Assembly (NCBI RefSeq): GCF_036321535.1
Contig: NC_087437.1
Location: 6,200,001 to 6,264,000 of the forward strand
DNA from: Camelus dromedarius
Lineage: Eukaryota
DNA length: 64,000 bases
Direction: 5' to 3'
Positions 42,620 through 55,686 of the stretch are shown here, piece by piece. Every line of letters begins with the position of its first letter. The first letter of the stretch is position 1. Position numbers and translations under genes: made by a program. The notes below the pieces were generated by a model. It searched no databases. It saw nothing but the letters and a program-made list of their open reading frames with translations, and was not told where the DNA came from.

Positions 42620-44997
42620 GTGCAGCAGGAGGAGTGACTGAAAAACAGTGGAGCAGAGAGAAATGCAGCGCTCCATTCCTCCACAAGACAACTAATAAAC
42701 TGGCAAAACCTGTTAAGAACCAGCTTTCGCAGAACTCTGAAATCTAGCTAAAAGCTTGTACAAAAGGCAAAGCTGAAAGGAAAAAGACGCTTTTGCCTTG
42801 CAGTAAGCCGGTGCGGGCTGCTCACACCAGAGTGAGCTACAGACTGTCCGGAATGAAGCTCAGTTGAGTGTCTCAGCCTGCCTGGCCGCTCCCTGAACAA
42901 CCAGTGCCGGTGCGGGCCTTCGTGTGTCCCAGTCTAGTGACCTCGGAGCTAGGACAGCTTCCCTGGTGCTGTTTGCTAAAAGCAGGGAAAGTCAGAACTA
43001 CTGGTGCAGCAGGCTAGTGCTGGAAGTAACGCTAGTCAGGACAAATAACAAACGAGCCAAGTAGCCTGAGAAGGGAAAGGATGGGAAAGGAGGTATGTGG
43101 GGGGAGTATGTGCTTTTACAGTCGCTTGTACACAAAGGAATCAGAGTGCCACACGTGTACTCAGTACAAGGTGTGTGCTCAGGAAGGGCCTGAAAAGACC
43201 TTGAACTTCCACTCCTGACTGCACTTCACACTCCATGAGAGCAGGAAGGGAAGGCTCAGGCAAAGCTGTAAGCAGCCTGGCCAAGCAAAGGAGTGGCAGC
43301 CTTACCACAGAGCCAACATACAAAGCCTATGAGAGTATGCTTTTCTTCTTTTGGCTCCAGGTACTTAAGGGAACTCAGTCAAAATGCTAGCTCACCACTG
43401 AAGTAACAGAACATAAACTTAAATGTTTATACACAATAAAGACTTCATATATTTTATATATGTATACACAGACTTCATAATAATAGTTTATAAAAGACAC
43501 TAAAACAACAACTCACAACTACAGAAATAAAAAACCCCAAAGAGGAGGAATCTAATTTCCAGACTTGCTGTGCTATAATACTCAAAATAATCTAGTTTTC
43601 AACAACAACAACAACAATAACAAGAGAAATAGAAACAAATGCAAAGAAAGAAGAAAGTATGGCTCATTCATAGGGGAAAAAAAATGACAGGAAATGCCCA
43701 TGAGGAAGCCCAGGCATTGCACTTACTAGACAGAGACTTTAAATCAATTGTCATAAATATGTTCAAATGGCTAAAGGAAACCATGATCAAAGAACTAAAG
43801 GGCACCAGGGGAACAATGTTTAAACAGACAGAATATCAATAAAAAGATAGACATTATAAACAGAAACAAAATAGCAATTCTGGAGCTGAGAATTACAATA
43901 AATTAAATTAAAATTCACTGGAGGGGTTCAATGGCAGATTTGAGCAGGCAGAGAAGAATCAGCACACTCAAATATGTCAACTGAGATGATTTAATCTAAG
44001 AGGCAGAAGGAAAAACAAGGAGAAGAACAGAGGAGAGATAAATAAAACAGAGTAGAAAAATAATAGAGTCAATGAAACAAAAAGTTGATTCACTAAAAAG
44101 AATAAAAGTGACAAACTTTTAGGTAGACTGACAAAGGAGAAAAAAAACTTTACTAAAATAGAAATTAAAGTGGGGACTGTCCTACAGATCTTACAAACAG
44201 AAAGGATTATACAAATTACTATGAACTGTACACTGACAAATTCGATCTTCTAAATGAAATGAACAGGCTCCTGGATACACACAAGCTGACAAAACTGCAT
44301 CAAGAAGAAAATCTGAACAGACCTGTAAAAAGTAAATTGACTGAGTAATCAAAAAGCTTCCAACAAAAAGTCTAAGCTCGGATGGCTTCACTAGTAATTC
44401 TATCAAATATTAATAACAATGAACACCAATTCTTCTCAAACTCTTCTAAAAACTAGGAGGGAGCACTTACCTATAAAGCCAGCATTACCCTGATGTCAAG
44501 CCAGATAAGGATATTACAAGAAAACTACAGACCAATATCCCTTATCAATATAGCTACAAAAATTCTCAACAAATAGTAGCAGACTGAATCTAGCTGCATT
44601 TTAAGAGGATCATGGCATTAGTGAGGTTTATGACAGGAAAGCAAAGATGGTTCAGTATGCAAATATCAATGTAAACAAAATATTTAAAAAAAGAAGGAAA
44701 AAAACATGATCATCTCAATGCAGAAAAAGCATTTGACAAAATACAACATCCTTTCTTGATAAAAACACTCAACAAACTAGGAATGGAAGGGAATTTTCTC
44801 AAAAGAAAAAAAGGCATTTATGAAAAACTTAGAGCCAACATCAGTCACAGTGAAAGACTGAAAGGTTTTCTCCCAAAAATCACAAACAAGACACTACTTC
44901 TATTCAGCACTGTACTAGAAGTTCTAGCCAGTGTAATTAGACAAGAAAAATAAAAGCCATTCAAACTGAAAAGGAAGATGTAAAAAGATCTCTATTA
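42620..44997 (+). mobile_element. Old L1M: 5' UTR, ORF1 N-terminus, internal deletion, then decayed ORF2 RT region
   Basis: AAATTCACTGGAGGGGTTCAA (ORF1); ACTACAGACCAATATCCCT and GCAGAAAAAGCATTTGACAAAAT (RT); ORF 44756-44953 IKTLNKLGMEGNFL...VLEVLA. Confidence 0.9.
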
Positions 44998-45880
44998 CAA
45001 ATGGCCAAGAGGCACATGAAAAAATGCTCATTATCGCTAATTATCAGAGAAATGCAAATCAAAACTACAATGAGGTATCACCTCACACCACTCAGAATGG
45101 CCATCATTCAAAAGTCCACAAACAATAAATGCTGGAGAGGCTGTGGAGAAAAGAGAACCCTCCTACACTGTTGGTGGGAATGTAGTCTGGTGCAGCCATT
45201 ATGGAAAACAGTAAGGAAATCCCTCAAAAGACTAAAAATAGACTTACCATATGATCCAGCAATCCCACTCCTGGGCATATATCCAAAAGACACATGCACC
45301 CCAATGTTCACAGCAGCACTATTTACAATAGCCAAGACATGGAAACAACCTAAATGTCCATCAACAGATGGCTAAATAAAGAAGTTGTGGTATATTTATA
45401 CAATGGAATACTACTCAGCCATAAAAAAGAATAAAATAATACCATTTGCAGCAACATGGATGGACCTGGAGACAGTCATTCTAAGTGAAGTAAGCCAGAA
45501 ACAGAAAGAAAAATACTATATAATGTCATTTATATGTGGAATCTTAAAAAAAAAAGACTTATTTTTAAAACAAACAGTCTCACAGACATAGAAAACAAAT
45601 TTATGGTTACTAGTGGGGAAGAGGGTGGGAAGAGATAAATTGGGAGTTCAAGATTTGCAGATACCAACTAATATATATAAAATAGACAAACAACAAGTTC
45701 ATACTGTGTAGCATAGGGAACTATATTCAATGTCTTGTAGTAACTTACAGTGAAAAAGAATCTGAAAATGAATGTATGTTCATGTATGACTGAAGCATTA
45801 TGCTGAACACCAGAAATTGACACAACATTGTAAACTGACTATATTTCAATAAAATATACATATAATTTAAAAAAAAGAGG
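44998..45880 (+). mobile_element. Younger artiodactyl/camelid L1 3' end (ORF2 C-terminal cysteine-rich domain, 3' UTR, A tail)
   Basis: Nearly open ORF2 peptide [10 protein letters not shown]...[18 protein letters not shown]...[13 protein letters not shown]; 3' UTR ends ACAACATTGTAAACTGACTATATTTCAATAAAA. Confidence 0.95.
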
Positions 45881-45899
45881 TATAAAAAACAAATTAATT

Positions 45900-46235
45900 A
45901 AATGTTATCACCAAATCCAAGGTCACAAAGATTTTATCCTATGTCATCTTCTAGGAATTTTATAGTTTTGCATTTTACATTTAGGTTAATGATCCTTTTT
46001 GAGTTAATGTTTGTGAAAGGTATAAAATCTATGTCTAGATTTCTAACCACCCCTCAATGTGAATATCCAATGTTCCAGCATCATTTGTTTAAATGACTAA
46101 CCCTTGTTCCATTGAATTGCCTTTGCTCCTTTGTCAAGATCACTTAACCGTATTTGTATGGGTCCGTATCTGGGCTCTGTATTCTGATGTCACATATTGC
46201 CAGTTTTCTAATTTTGTTCTCCTTCAATGTTGTAG
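45900..46235 (-). mobile_element. Old L1 ORF2 fragment in inverted orientation
   Basis: CCAAATCCAAGGTCACAAAGATTTT...TTTTACATTTAGGT...TTCCAGCATCATTTGTT. Confidence 0.85.
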
Positions 46236-48719
46236 GGCAATTCTGGGTGGATCCTGGACTTTAACAGAAAAGTCCTGCATAGTCACACTGGAAAGTGATT
46301 AAACAAATGCACAGAACCAGGCTGTGAAGGCCTTTTAGAGCTTTCTTTAAAACTTTACTTGAGCCAAAAAATAAAAAAAGGCTGCTCATAAAGTGCTTCT
46401 GAAATGCTATAACCCTGACATGCAGTGAATCAAGTGAATCAATCCTCAGGCCTGACACAGAAAAACACTTTAAAGGCATATTACGTTATTTCAAAAAGTT
46501 TGGGGCAATTTCTTACTTACAAGATAGAAGGAGAACTAAGAATGAAGATCACACGTAAGCAAGACTTGGAAGAAAGCAATTCACTTCTTACATTTGATCT
46601 TCTTTCATAAAACAAATCAATGTCTTGTTTTAAAATCTATTACACTTTAAAGATCAAGCATTTAAATAATCAGATTTTGGTTACTCCTCTAATATTCTAT
46701 AACATAAGCTACGGAGTCAACAGACAAATAATCTAAAAGTTTAAGATAGAATTTAGAGACCATACATAGTAAGAATCAACTTAAGGCCAAATTGACAACT
46801 GCTCACTGTAGTGTACGTAGCAACTAACTAAGCAGGAGTTTACCCAATTAAAACTTAAATGCTATTTAAAGAATCGCCTGAACCAATTTTCTACTATTGC
46901 TAAGTAGACTGTTCTTCTAGTAAATTACTCTATTCTAACTCATCTGATCTATGAATACCGTGGTAGACTGAACTCAGAATTTAGGGCACAAAATGAGAAC
47001 CAATGGGGGATTCTTGCATAAACGTTCATGAGCACTGAAAAACTATACTCCTCTGAACCTCTTTCCTAGAAATGAGAGATACAGTTAATTTTTCAAAGTC
47101 TGGGTTCTCTAAGCATCTTGCATTTTACATTTCAATATTTATTGACTAATTTCTCTTATGCCTGTTTTCTTTTTTTACTGGCAACTTTAGGAATTTTTGT
47201 CATTAACCAGAGAAGGAAGGGAAAGAAGATAAAAGCAATAGAAACTTAAATCAATCAAATTATGCAAAAAGATTGTCAAACTAATTTTTAAAATTAGAGT
47301 ATTGAATTATCTGGACTGCATTTATCTCCCTTTTGTATAAAATCCCCCCCTTGGTTACATGATAGTAAATCCTGCTCTCATGTTTACAGAGAACAGCAGA
47401 GCTTATTAAAGATGACTTGGTTGACAATTCATCTCCTTCCGCTTACTCTGCACATATAGAAACAGAAATATAACCATTTATTCCTCTCTGGGTCTTTTGA
47501 TCTCTATGTATAGTGTAGGCCAGACAGAAGAAGACCTTTTTCAGTGGCTATAAAAGTGAATTCTTGGGTAAGAAATATCCATGTTAAAATATAAAACAAA
47601 AGATGATTTGCGAATTAAAACATTTTTATTTCCTACCTTTTTTTATATTCTACACCATTCTGTTCCCCTCTATTAGCATGATTATTTTAACTATTAATTA
47701 ACTTATAATTATAATAATTTATGAATTATTTTAACTATTTTATGATATTTAAAAAGTGGAATACTACTGAAGTATTAAGCAAAAACCAGATAAAACTGAA
47801 CACTTAAAATTCTTGCGGATCTATGTTCTCTTCCAGAACTACCATTAGAAGTTTCTAAGTCTGTTTACACAATGATAAATAGGACATACACTGGTAAGCG
47901 CCAAGAAAACTACTTCCTTTATTTACATTCTTGCAAGCTTTGCTTTTTGGCTTTGTACTTTCTCTTCAATCACTTTATATCTAGCAGCAATTCCACAAAA
48001 TCACTCCGTCCATTAAAAGTTTCTTTCTTTCTGTTATAAGGAGCCAAGAATGCATTATTACATTTTTCTATGTGAAGTATGCTATTAAATAATAGCTTGT
48101 ACACTAATTAAAGCAAATGTAATTGTGAGAACACATTGACATTGTTAAAGTAAATTACTCAATTTGTTAATAGTTTCATTTCAAGTGACCTTAATTGTAT
48201 TAATTGTGATACTAGCAAATTAAATTGAAGAGCATTAAATACATTGTTCTAATATGTCCTAGAGGAGCAAATTTTCCATTACATCAGCAAAGGGAAAATA
48301 ATGATTATATGTACACCACCCCCAAATCTCCTACACACACGTACACACAATGGGTCAAGCAGAAAAGTTGTCACCATTTATCATTACTATTTTAATATTG
48401 GTAGCTTGGCATAAAACAGACCACACATAAGTAACTGAGCTTGAGATAAACTGTTAATTTTAGGACATCCTTTTATCTCAAGCAGAAGTTACTTCACTGT
48501 TACAAACAGAAAGTACTGAGAATGAGGAAACAAAGATTGGTATAGAGGATTGCAGCATGAAAATAAATATAAAAAATGCTACAACTCTGTAAATCAGGCA
48601 CTACTTATTAAGTGCTTAGTATCAAGTCATAAGGATACATAATAAAAAATAGTTATGGCCATCATTCTTGAGAAGAAACTTAAGAGTACAACAGAGGTAA
48701 CGACGCAGACTGCTGAATA

Positions 48720-49290
48720 ACTCTCCGTCTTCAGGATACACCCTACACTCGGCAGCCTGGTTCATAAACCCCCATAGTCTGGCCCCGCTTACTGGGCCCG
48801 TCCTGTGTTGGTCCCCCTGTCACCCAAGGTGCTCCAGCCAGCATGACCTGCCTACAGGTCCTTGAATAGGACGAGTCTATTCCTCTAACTTCCTAAAAAG
48901 GAACACTTCCCTTTTCCTAGACAGGTGCTTCCTTCCTCTGCCTGTCTGTCTGCAACTATCTGTCCACTGCGCTCTCTGTCACCATCTTGGCATGCCTGGG
49001 TCCCCTCCTGTCATTCACATCTGACATATCACCTTCTCAGGGAGACCCTCCCTGACAATCTAAACTACACGCCCCATCACTCATCATCATATTACCCTAT
49101 TTTAAATTCTTTGCCTAGCATTTAATCATTCTCTTGTATTTTTTCTCATTTCTCTACTTTTTCATGTTTTTCTCTCTCATGCTAAAATGTGAACTCCACT
49201 GAAAGAAAGCACCTGTCTCTACTTGTTTAATGTCAGTCTATCCCCAGATACTAGACGATCAGTGAATATTTTTGAATGGATGGATGAACA
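48720..49290 (+). mobile_element. L2 3' region
   Basis: CACCTTCTCAGGGAGACCCTCCCTGAC...CTAAAATGTGAACTCC...AATATTTTTGAATGGATGGATGAA. Confidence 0.8.
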
Positions 49291-52200
49291 TCAGGTCCGT
49301 GGCCTGCAGCCCTTACTAGGTGTGATAAAACACATGAACCTGTACAATCTCTGCTTAGTTACTGAGTGGGGCTGAAAATTCTTATCCATCATGTCAACAC
49401 GTCTGATTGAAAATCTGTACGTTCAATAAAACATCTATTCACAAGTCTAATTAAAGATTCAAATTGATAGCAGCATTCTAAGCTTGGTCAAAATAGTCAT
49501 ATTCTATTAAAATTGTCACTAAACAGATATGCTAGGAAGCCAACTCATTAAATCTCTCTACATTCGGAATACCAAGAAAGGAGGGAAGGGAAAGTAGGAG
49601 AACAATTACTACTGAAGTTCACAGTCCCATAATGTAAACAAGTATTTGGCTCATATACTGCCTTATATATGAATGGACTAAGTTAAAGTAAATTCTCACT
49701 ATATATCTGTTGAAAAATCAAGGCTAGGAGGTGGTTTTTCTGACTAAAACTAAATATATTTTTAAGTTCATGAAAGACAAACACTGCGATTTACAGGAAT
49801 ACAATTACCAAACAGCAGAATACCAGATCACTTCCAAAGACTCAAGTAAATGATATTTCTAATACTAGAAATGTACCAAAGAAAATGATCATTTAAAATA
49901 AATAATGAAATATTAAGTTTTTATTATTTATTAGCTTCTTAATTTCTTCTATTTAAAACATTCAGATTTTCCTAAAATGTAAAAATAAAGCAGCTTGAAG
50001 CTAACAATCAATGTTTCTTCCCTTGAGTTTTCCACTCCTCACATGAGATTCCTTCTCAGGAAATTCAAGGAGCAATACAAACTCCAGGGTAAAGTGTTTT
50101 TGTAAAGATTTTGTATTTCAAAACATCTATCTGATTAATAAACAAGCCCTCCTTACAGCAAAAATATAATGACTGCAATTTAATTTAACTTCTTTTCAAT
50201 TCTCATAGACTGTAAGAATAAAAACTGCCCAAGCTCAGATCAACATTGTATCAGCAAGACAAATTGCAGCCCAAACCTGGTAAAGACATTTTTTAAGAAC
50301 AAAACAATATCAGAGAACAACTGAAAAACTTACACTTACAAACATGAAGAAGGGAAATAATAATAAAAATACTACAACAAAAGAGATGCCTCTTTTTACC
50401 ACAAATTACATATAATTTCTAACTGTTAAAATATATTAGACATCAGCATCTATCAATGTAATACAGTTGAAAACTCTGCAATAAAATGGACTATTCTATC
50501 CTCATTATTTAAAAGGACCACTGAAATATATAATAATTTTTTAAAAAATCCTCTAAAACTCACACAGTGAATTTTATTTAAGTCTACAAAAATTTTATAA
50601 ATATCCAAGTACAATGGTATTGAAATGTTTTTTTTTTAAAAAGTTTTTACATACAATGATTATTTTACCAAAATCTACCAGCTATATTAAAAAATACTGC
50701 TTGTTCTTTTATTATGCAGTCAAGTAGGGGGATATTTTGAAGACTTGAACTTGGGAAAAACAGGTCTTTGGGAACTTCCAACAGAGGAAGAGTGGAAGAA
50801 ATACATAGGGGCTGAAGAGGTCCTGGACTGTTTTCCTAGAGTAAGGCTTACACATTTTTTTTTGCAGTTCCCTGTCTTCCCTGGATATTCAGTTCTTCCC
50901 TCTGACTGGGTAAGATCAAAGTAAGAAAGCCTGTAATCTTTAAAACCAGCAGTTTGGGTAGATAGCTCTTAATGCTATGAAAGGAGTTAGGAGAAGCATG
51001 AATGAGATGAAGAATTATGCTTGTGAGGGACTAATTATTTACTTTACTACAAAGCCATGGGGGAGGAATCTGGCTTAATATGTAAATAAATAAAAAGTAG
51101 CAGTAACATTTGAGAAGCCAGGTGAACTCTGACAAACTTCTGAAGCCATGGGAGCTGAAAAATGGATATCTCATTAATAATAACATCCCAACTCTGGCTC
51201 TACTGCTTTTGCTGGCCCCACTAATGAACTAGCAAAAATCAACTAGTGTAATTCTTTGATAAGAAATCCACTGTAGGTCACGTCACCTAAGTGGGTTTTT
51301 TTGGTTTATGTTTTTCTAAAGTTTTAATATTTTCACTCTAAATCACCTATATCTGTTCTAATCATGCCTAGACCCAAACAAACAAAACAGACATCATACC
51401 GCCTTTCATTTTAGTGATCCAAGAATGTTATAAAGGCTGACTAGGCATGGTGGGGAACTGCCTTAAGGTACGGATGTTCCTTTGCAGATAACTTTGCCTA
51501 TGGGGTGGCGGTGACAGCTTCTGTAGGGCTACTGTTTCTGTCTGCGACCAGAGCAGGCAGCGAGGTCTCATCTGCTCCTGAGACACTGGAAATGAATAAA
51601 TCCAGGTGTAAACACCAGGTAACTCAAATGACTCTTCATACAACCCCAAGACTAAAGGATAAAGGAGCCTCTCTTTTAAGCAAATAAAGGAGATTGCCGT
51701 CACACCAACAGAAAATCTGAACTGAAGCTAAACTACTAGACTCAATGAATAAGGAATTGACAACTCAATAAAAAAAGATCAGAATTCAGACCAGAAGGTT
51801 ATTTTTTTTAATTCCAGTGGTCAACATTTTACCAGTGAGCTTCATGCTAACCATTAAAATGTCTAACTTGCTAAATTTCAATTCACTGTGAGCGTAAATA
51901 CATAAAATCCACATCTAATCTAAATCTAATATTAAAGAGTAAGCTGAAACTTCCCTACCATTTAATATTTATAACTGACATTGAACCACTACCTTTTCAT
52001 GTTAATTTTGGATCAGATTTTGAGTTCACTTCCATGCATTCACATCAATTAGTGAGTGGTATCTTGAAAATGGCTTAACTACAAATTATAGATGACTAAA
52101 ACTCTTTCCTTCACCAAATCATAGATTTCCTCCTTTCATACTCTTTAACCTATGTGATCCTGGAGCACTGACCACTTTGGACCTCCTGGAAGCTCTCACA

Positions 52201-52537
52201 TCTGCAGCTCCTATAATTTTGGCCCTCCCTGTCTTTCCCCTACTCTGACTAGCTCTCCAATATTTCTAAAATACTGCTCTCTCTATCCAATTTCTAATCA
52301 TGGAGAATTCCATCAAATCAGTCCTCAGTTCTTTCTTTTCTCTTCCTTTGAATTCTTATCTGTCTCATACTTTGAACAGATATCTCTTGAGGATGACTTT
52401 GGGATCTCTAACTTTCAGACTGAAGTCTCTTATCTCCAGCTTTCTTTCGAACAGCTTAATTTAGAGGAACTGGGCTCCTCAATGTTCACAGCTCTCTGAT
52501 TTCACTTCTACCTAGTGTCACACTACTTAAGAAAATC

Positions 52538-52699
52538 TTTTTTTTTTAATTTTATTTATTTTTATTTTTTAAAACTTTTTTGGCAGGGTGAGGTAATTAG
52601 GTTTATTTATTTTTATTTATGAACAGAGGTACTGGGGACTGAACCCAGGACCTCATGCTTGCTAGGCATGCACTCTACTTCTGAGCTATACCCTCCCTC
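52538..52699 (-). mobile_element. tRNA-derived camelid-type SINE (Vic-1-like), long-tail form
   Basis: Sense strand GGGAGGGTATAGCTCAG..GTAGAGTGCATG...CCTGGGTTCAGTCCCCAGTACCTC (A and B boxes), then AT-rich, CCTAATTACCTC and an A tail. Approximate TSD TAAGAAAATCT/TAACAAAACCT. Confidence 0.9.
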
Positions 52700-52929
52700 T
52701 AACAAAACCTGTTTTTAAGGAGACATTTTAAAAACCACCCACTTTTTAAAAATCATTTTTACTGTCATTTAAGAACTTCCAAGTCACTCTCCCATTTATT
52801 TAACGACCTTTATCTCCAACAAAGTTACTGTTTTCCATAATGACTGCACAGACTTACTTACAGGTTTTCATCCATCTAAACTGCTGTTTTCCTTGCTATC
52901 TAGAGAGGGTTTTTCATTAAGATGATGTT

Positions 52930-53297
52930 TTTTGCAAAACTACACAGACAGTAAGAAGATCAGCTGCTGCCAGGGGTTGAGGGGCACGGGGTAGGGAAGG
53001 TGGAATAGGCAGAGCACAGAGAACTTTGTGAAAGCACTCTGTACGATACGATACGGATGGACACACGTTGTTATGTATTTGTCTAAACTTACAGAGTGTC
53101 CAATACCAAGAGCGAGCCCTAATGCAGACTACGGAGCCTGGGTGATCACCACGTGTGTGTGAAGCCTCATCCCACTCTGCTGGGAGACCCTGAGAACGGG
53201 GAGGTGTCGCGTAAGTGAGAACAGAAGGCATATGAGGAATCTGCACTTTCTTCTTACTTTTACTGTGAATCTAAAATCTGCTTTAAAAAAAAAAAGA
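52930..53297 (+). mobile_element. L1MC1/2-like 3' UTR end
   Basis: CAAAACTA..CAGACAGTAAGAAGATCAG..GCTGCCAGGGGTT...CCAAGAGCGAGCCCTAATG...CTGTGAATCTAAAA followed by an A tail. Confidence 0.85.
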
Positions 53298-55169
53298 CTC
53301 TAAACCAAAACCTATCCAAATCAATGTAAATCATTACACAGAACTAATGAAGGTACTGAGCTGGTTTACTGGCTACCAGTAAACAATATTCCACTGAATT
53401 AGTGTATTTAACACTTTTTGTATACTGTTCCCATATCCCCTTACCCGTTACCCCATATCCCACTCCCGTTACCACACCACTCTATATTTCATCTGCCCTG
53501 ACTCTGTCCCTTCCAAAACTTTCTACTCTGCCTCTTAGAACCCCCTTCTATGATATAACCTGAACTTAACTTCCTTATATTCTCAAGCCATCAATGAATT
53601 CTTCCACCATTGACTTCCTTGCCTGCTACCTGCTGTACGCCCCTGACAAAACCACTCCGGCTTCTCATTGTGTCTAAATCCCAGGGGATGAATTTTGCTG
53701 GACATAATCCCACAAATTCACAAACTTGTATCACCTATAATTTATGATGTCTATTCTCACCTTTACCCCCATGGTTATGTAATCTTTATCAACTCAATCT
53801 AACCTTTGTCACTCTCCACATATTTTCAAATCCTCCACCTTTTCACTCACCTGCAGCAAATTACTTCACCCTAACATATCAAGAAAGAGATGAAAATATC
53901 AGTTATATTTCATTGAACTCTCTGCTATCAAACTAATGAACTTACTGCACCTAAACATCCTTTCTCCTTCTCTCCCAGTATTGCAATTAAAATAAGACCC
54001 TCTCTTGTTCTTTCTCCAAATCCATCCGTCTTGGCTCTAGATTGCTTCTACTCCAAACTAACAAGACCTAAGGACTCCTCTTCCACTGATTTCAACTTTT
54101 TCAAGTACTACTATAACTCTCCTTTCAATTCTTCATGCCACTTTAGTAGAGAGCACAGGATTCGTTTATTTGAAACGCACAGTACTCAAGACTATGGATT
54201 CTTGATATTACATAAAGCACTGTGCTTGTCAGAGTCACAGTGACTCCTCAGTGCACACTTCTATTTTCTTAAACTTTTGGCTGACCTCTGGCAGTTTAGC
54301 CCACTGTCTCCTTGACATCTTGGCTGCTCTGACTTCACACTTTCTGGGTTTTCCTTCTACTTCTCTAGTCACTCTAAGTCTCCTTTGCAAGCTCCTCTGC
54401 TGCTGCAAGGTCTCTAAATTGGCTTTCCCAAAGACTGGTCCTAGGTCCTCTTCTCACACTAGGTGCTGTTACTGGGTGATCACAACCATTCACAGTGTTT
54501 TTCCTGCCACATTTAAGCAGACAAATCTTTATCTCCAGCCTAATGCAATATACTAAGTTTCAGACTCATACATCAAAACCTTCAGGATGTCTTCATCTGA
54601 ATGTCTTAAGGCACTTCTAACTCACATCTGAACCTGAACTTAACAATCTTCTCTGCCACCCCCATCCCACCTGCACCCTGTCAGGTTCCTCCTCTAGAGT
54701 TCCCAGTCTCAATACAGGCATTTTCACACACCTGAAAAACTAGATGGCACTTCAAACTTCTCCCTGCTATCGTCTCCCCATACCCAAATGTCCCTGCCAA
54801 AAAATTCAAACTTCCAAATATCAACTACTATCAATCCACCTACTAATGTTTCCACGTCTCTTCCTTTGCACTGTGACTTTTCCAGGACAGGACATTGACT
54901 TCTCAACTAGAATACTGCAATGGCTTCCTAACTCATCACTCACCTTCCAGTCTTGCTCTATCACTAGAGTTTATTTACCTTACGGTAGCCAGGATAATCT
55001 TTCTTAAATACAATTCTGGCCGTAAGGTTCCTTCAATGGACTACTCGCTGTGCTTATATAATGTGGCTTCATGATCTCGGTTTTCATTTGTGGCCATTCC
55101 TCCTTTAAACTCTAGCCTCTGACCACAATGAAATTCTGTATGTTCAGCAAAGGGCAAGCTCATAGCACA

Positions 55170-55330
55170 CATGATCAGCCCTCTGTAGCCAAAGGTTTTG
55201 CATCCATGGAGCCACCCAATCACGGATCTAATTCAATTCCCATTTTATATAAGGGACTTGGCGCATCCACAGATATTGGTACCCGTGGGGATCCTGGAAC
55301 CAATCCCAAGTGGATACTGAAGGATGACTG
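55170..55330. mobile_element. MER2-like TcMar-Tigger element, internally deleted
   Basis: CCATTTTATATAAGGGACTTG...ATCCTGGAACCAATCCC..GTGGATACTGAAGGATGACTG followed by TA. Confidence 0.8.
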
Positions 55331-55587
55331 TACTCTGTTCACTCAGTCACCTGGCTAACAGCTGTTTGTCCCTCTGGTTGTGGCTTAGATAGATACCACA
55401 TCTTCCTTGACCCACTACTACCACCCATTTAAGTTAGATTCCCTCCCAATGTACTACCTGAGCACACTACTAATTTCTTCAGGGAAGCACTTACTCTTTA
55501 TCTTAACTAGCCACTTACTTTTCTCTGCCTGGTCCCCCAAATCCTGGCTATTAACCATAACAACAAGTCAGTCAGGGCTATGTTTAT

Positions 55588-55686
55588 TTATTTGTTTGTT
55601 TTCTTGATAGAGGTACTGGGGATTGAACCCAGGACCTTGTGCAGACTGAGCATGCACTCTACCACTGAGCTACACCCCCTCCCCCC
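55588..55686 (-). mobile_element. tRNA-derived camelid-type SINE (Vic-1-like), short form with 16-bp TSD
   Basis: Sense strand GGGGGTGTAGCTCAGTGGTAGAG...GGTTCAATCCCCAGTACCTC. TSD TCAGGGCTATGTTTAT (55572-55587) and TCAGGACTATGTTTAT (55690-55705). Confidence 0.92.

Noticed and set aside
45001..45591. 124-aa and 68-aa ORFs with clear protein-like sequence
   Set aside because: They are the L1 ORF2 C-terminus, broken by a stop; not a host gene.
53429..53475. Diverged tandem duplication of about 22 bp (CCCATATCCC...CCCGTTAC)
   Set aside because: Only two copies; an ordinary slippage duplication, not an array.
52538..55686. tRNA-like sequences as real tRNA genes, or as an inverted pair promoting circRNA
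   Set aside because: They have A-rich tails and TSDs, so they are SINEs, and both are in the same orientation on the same side of the exon.
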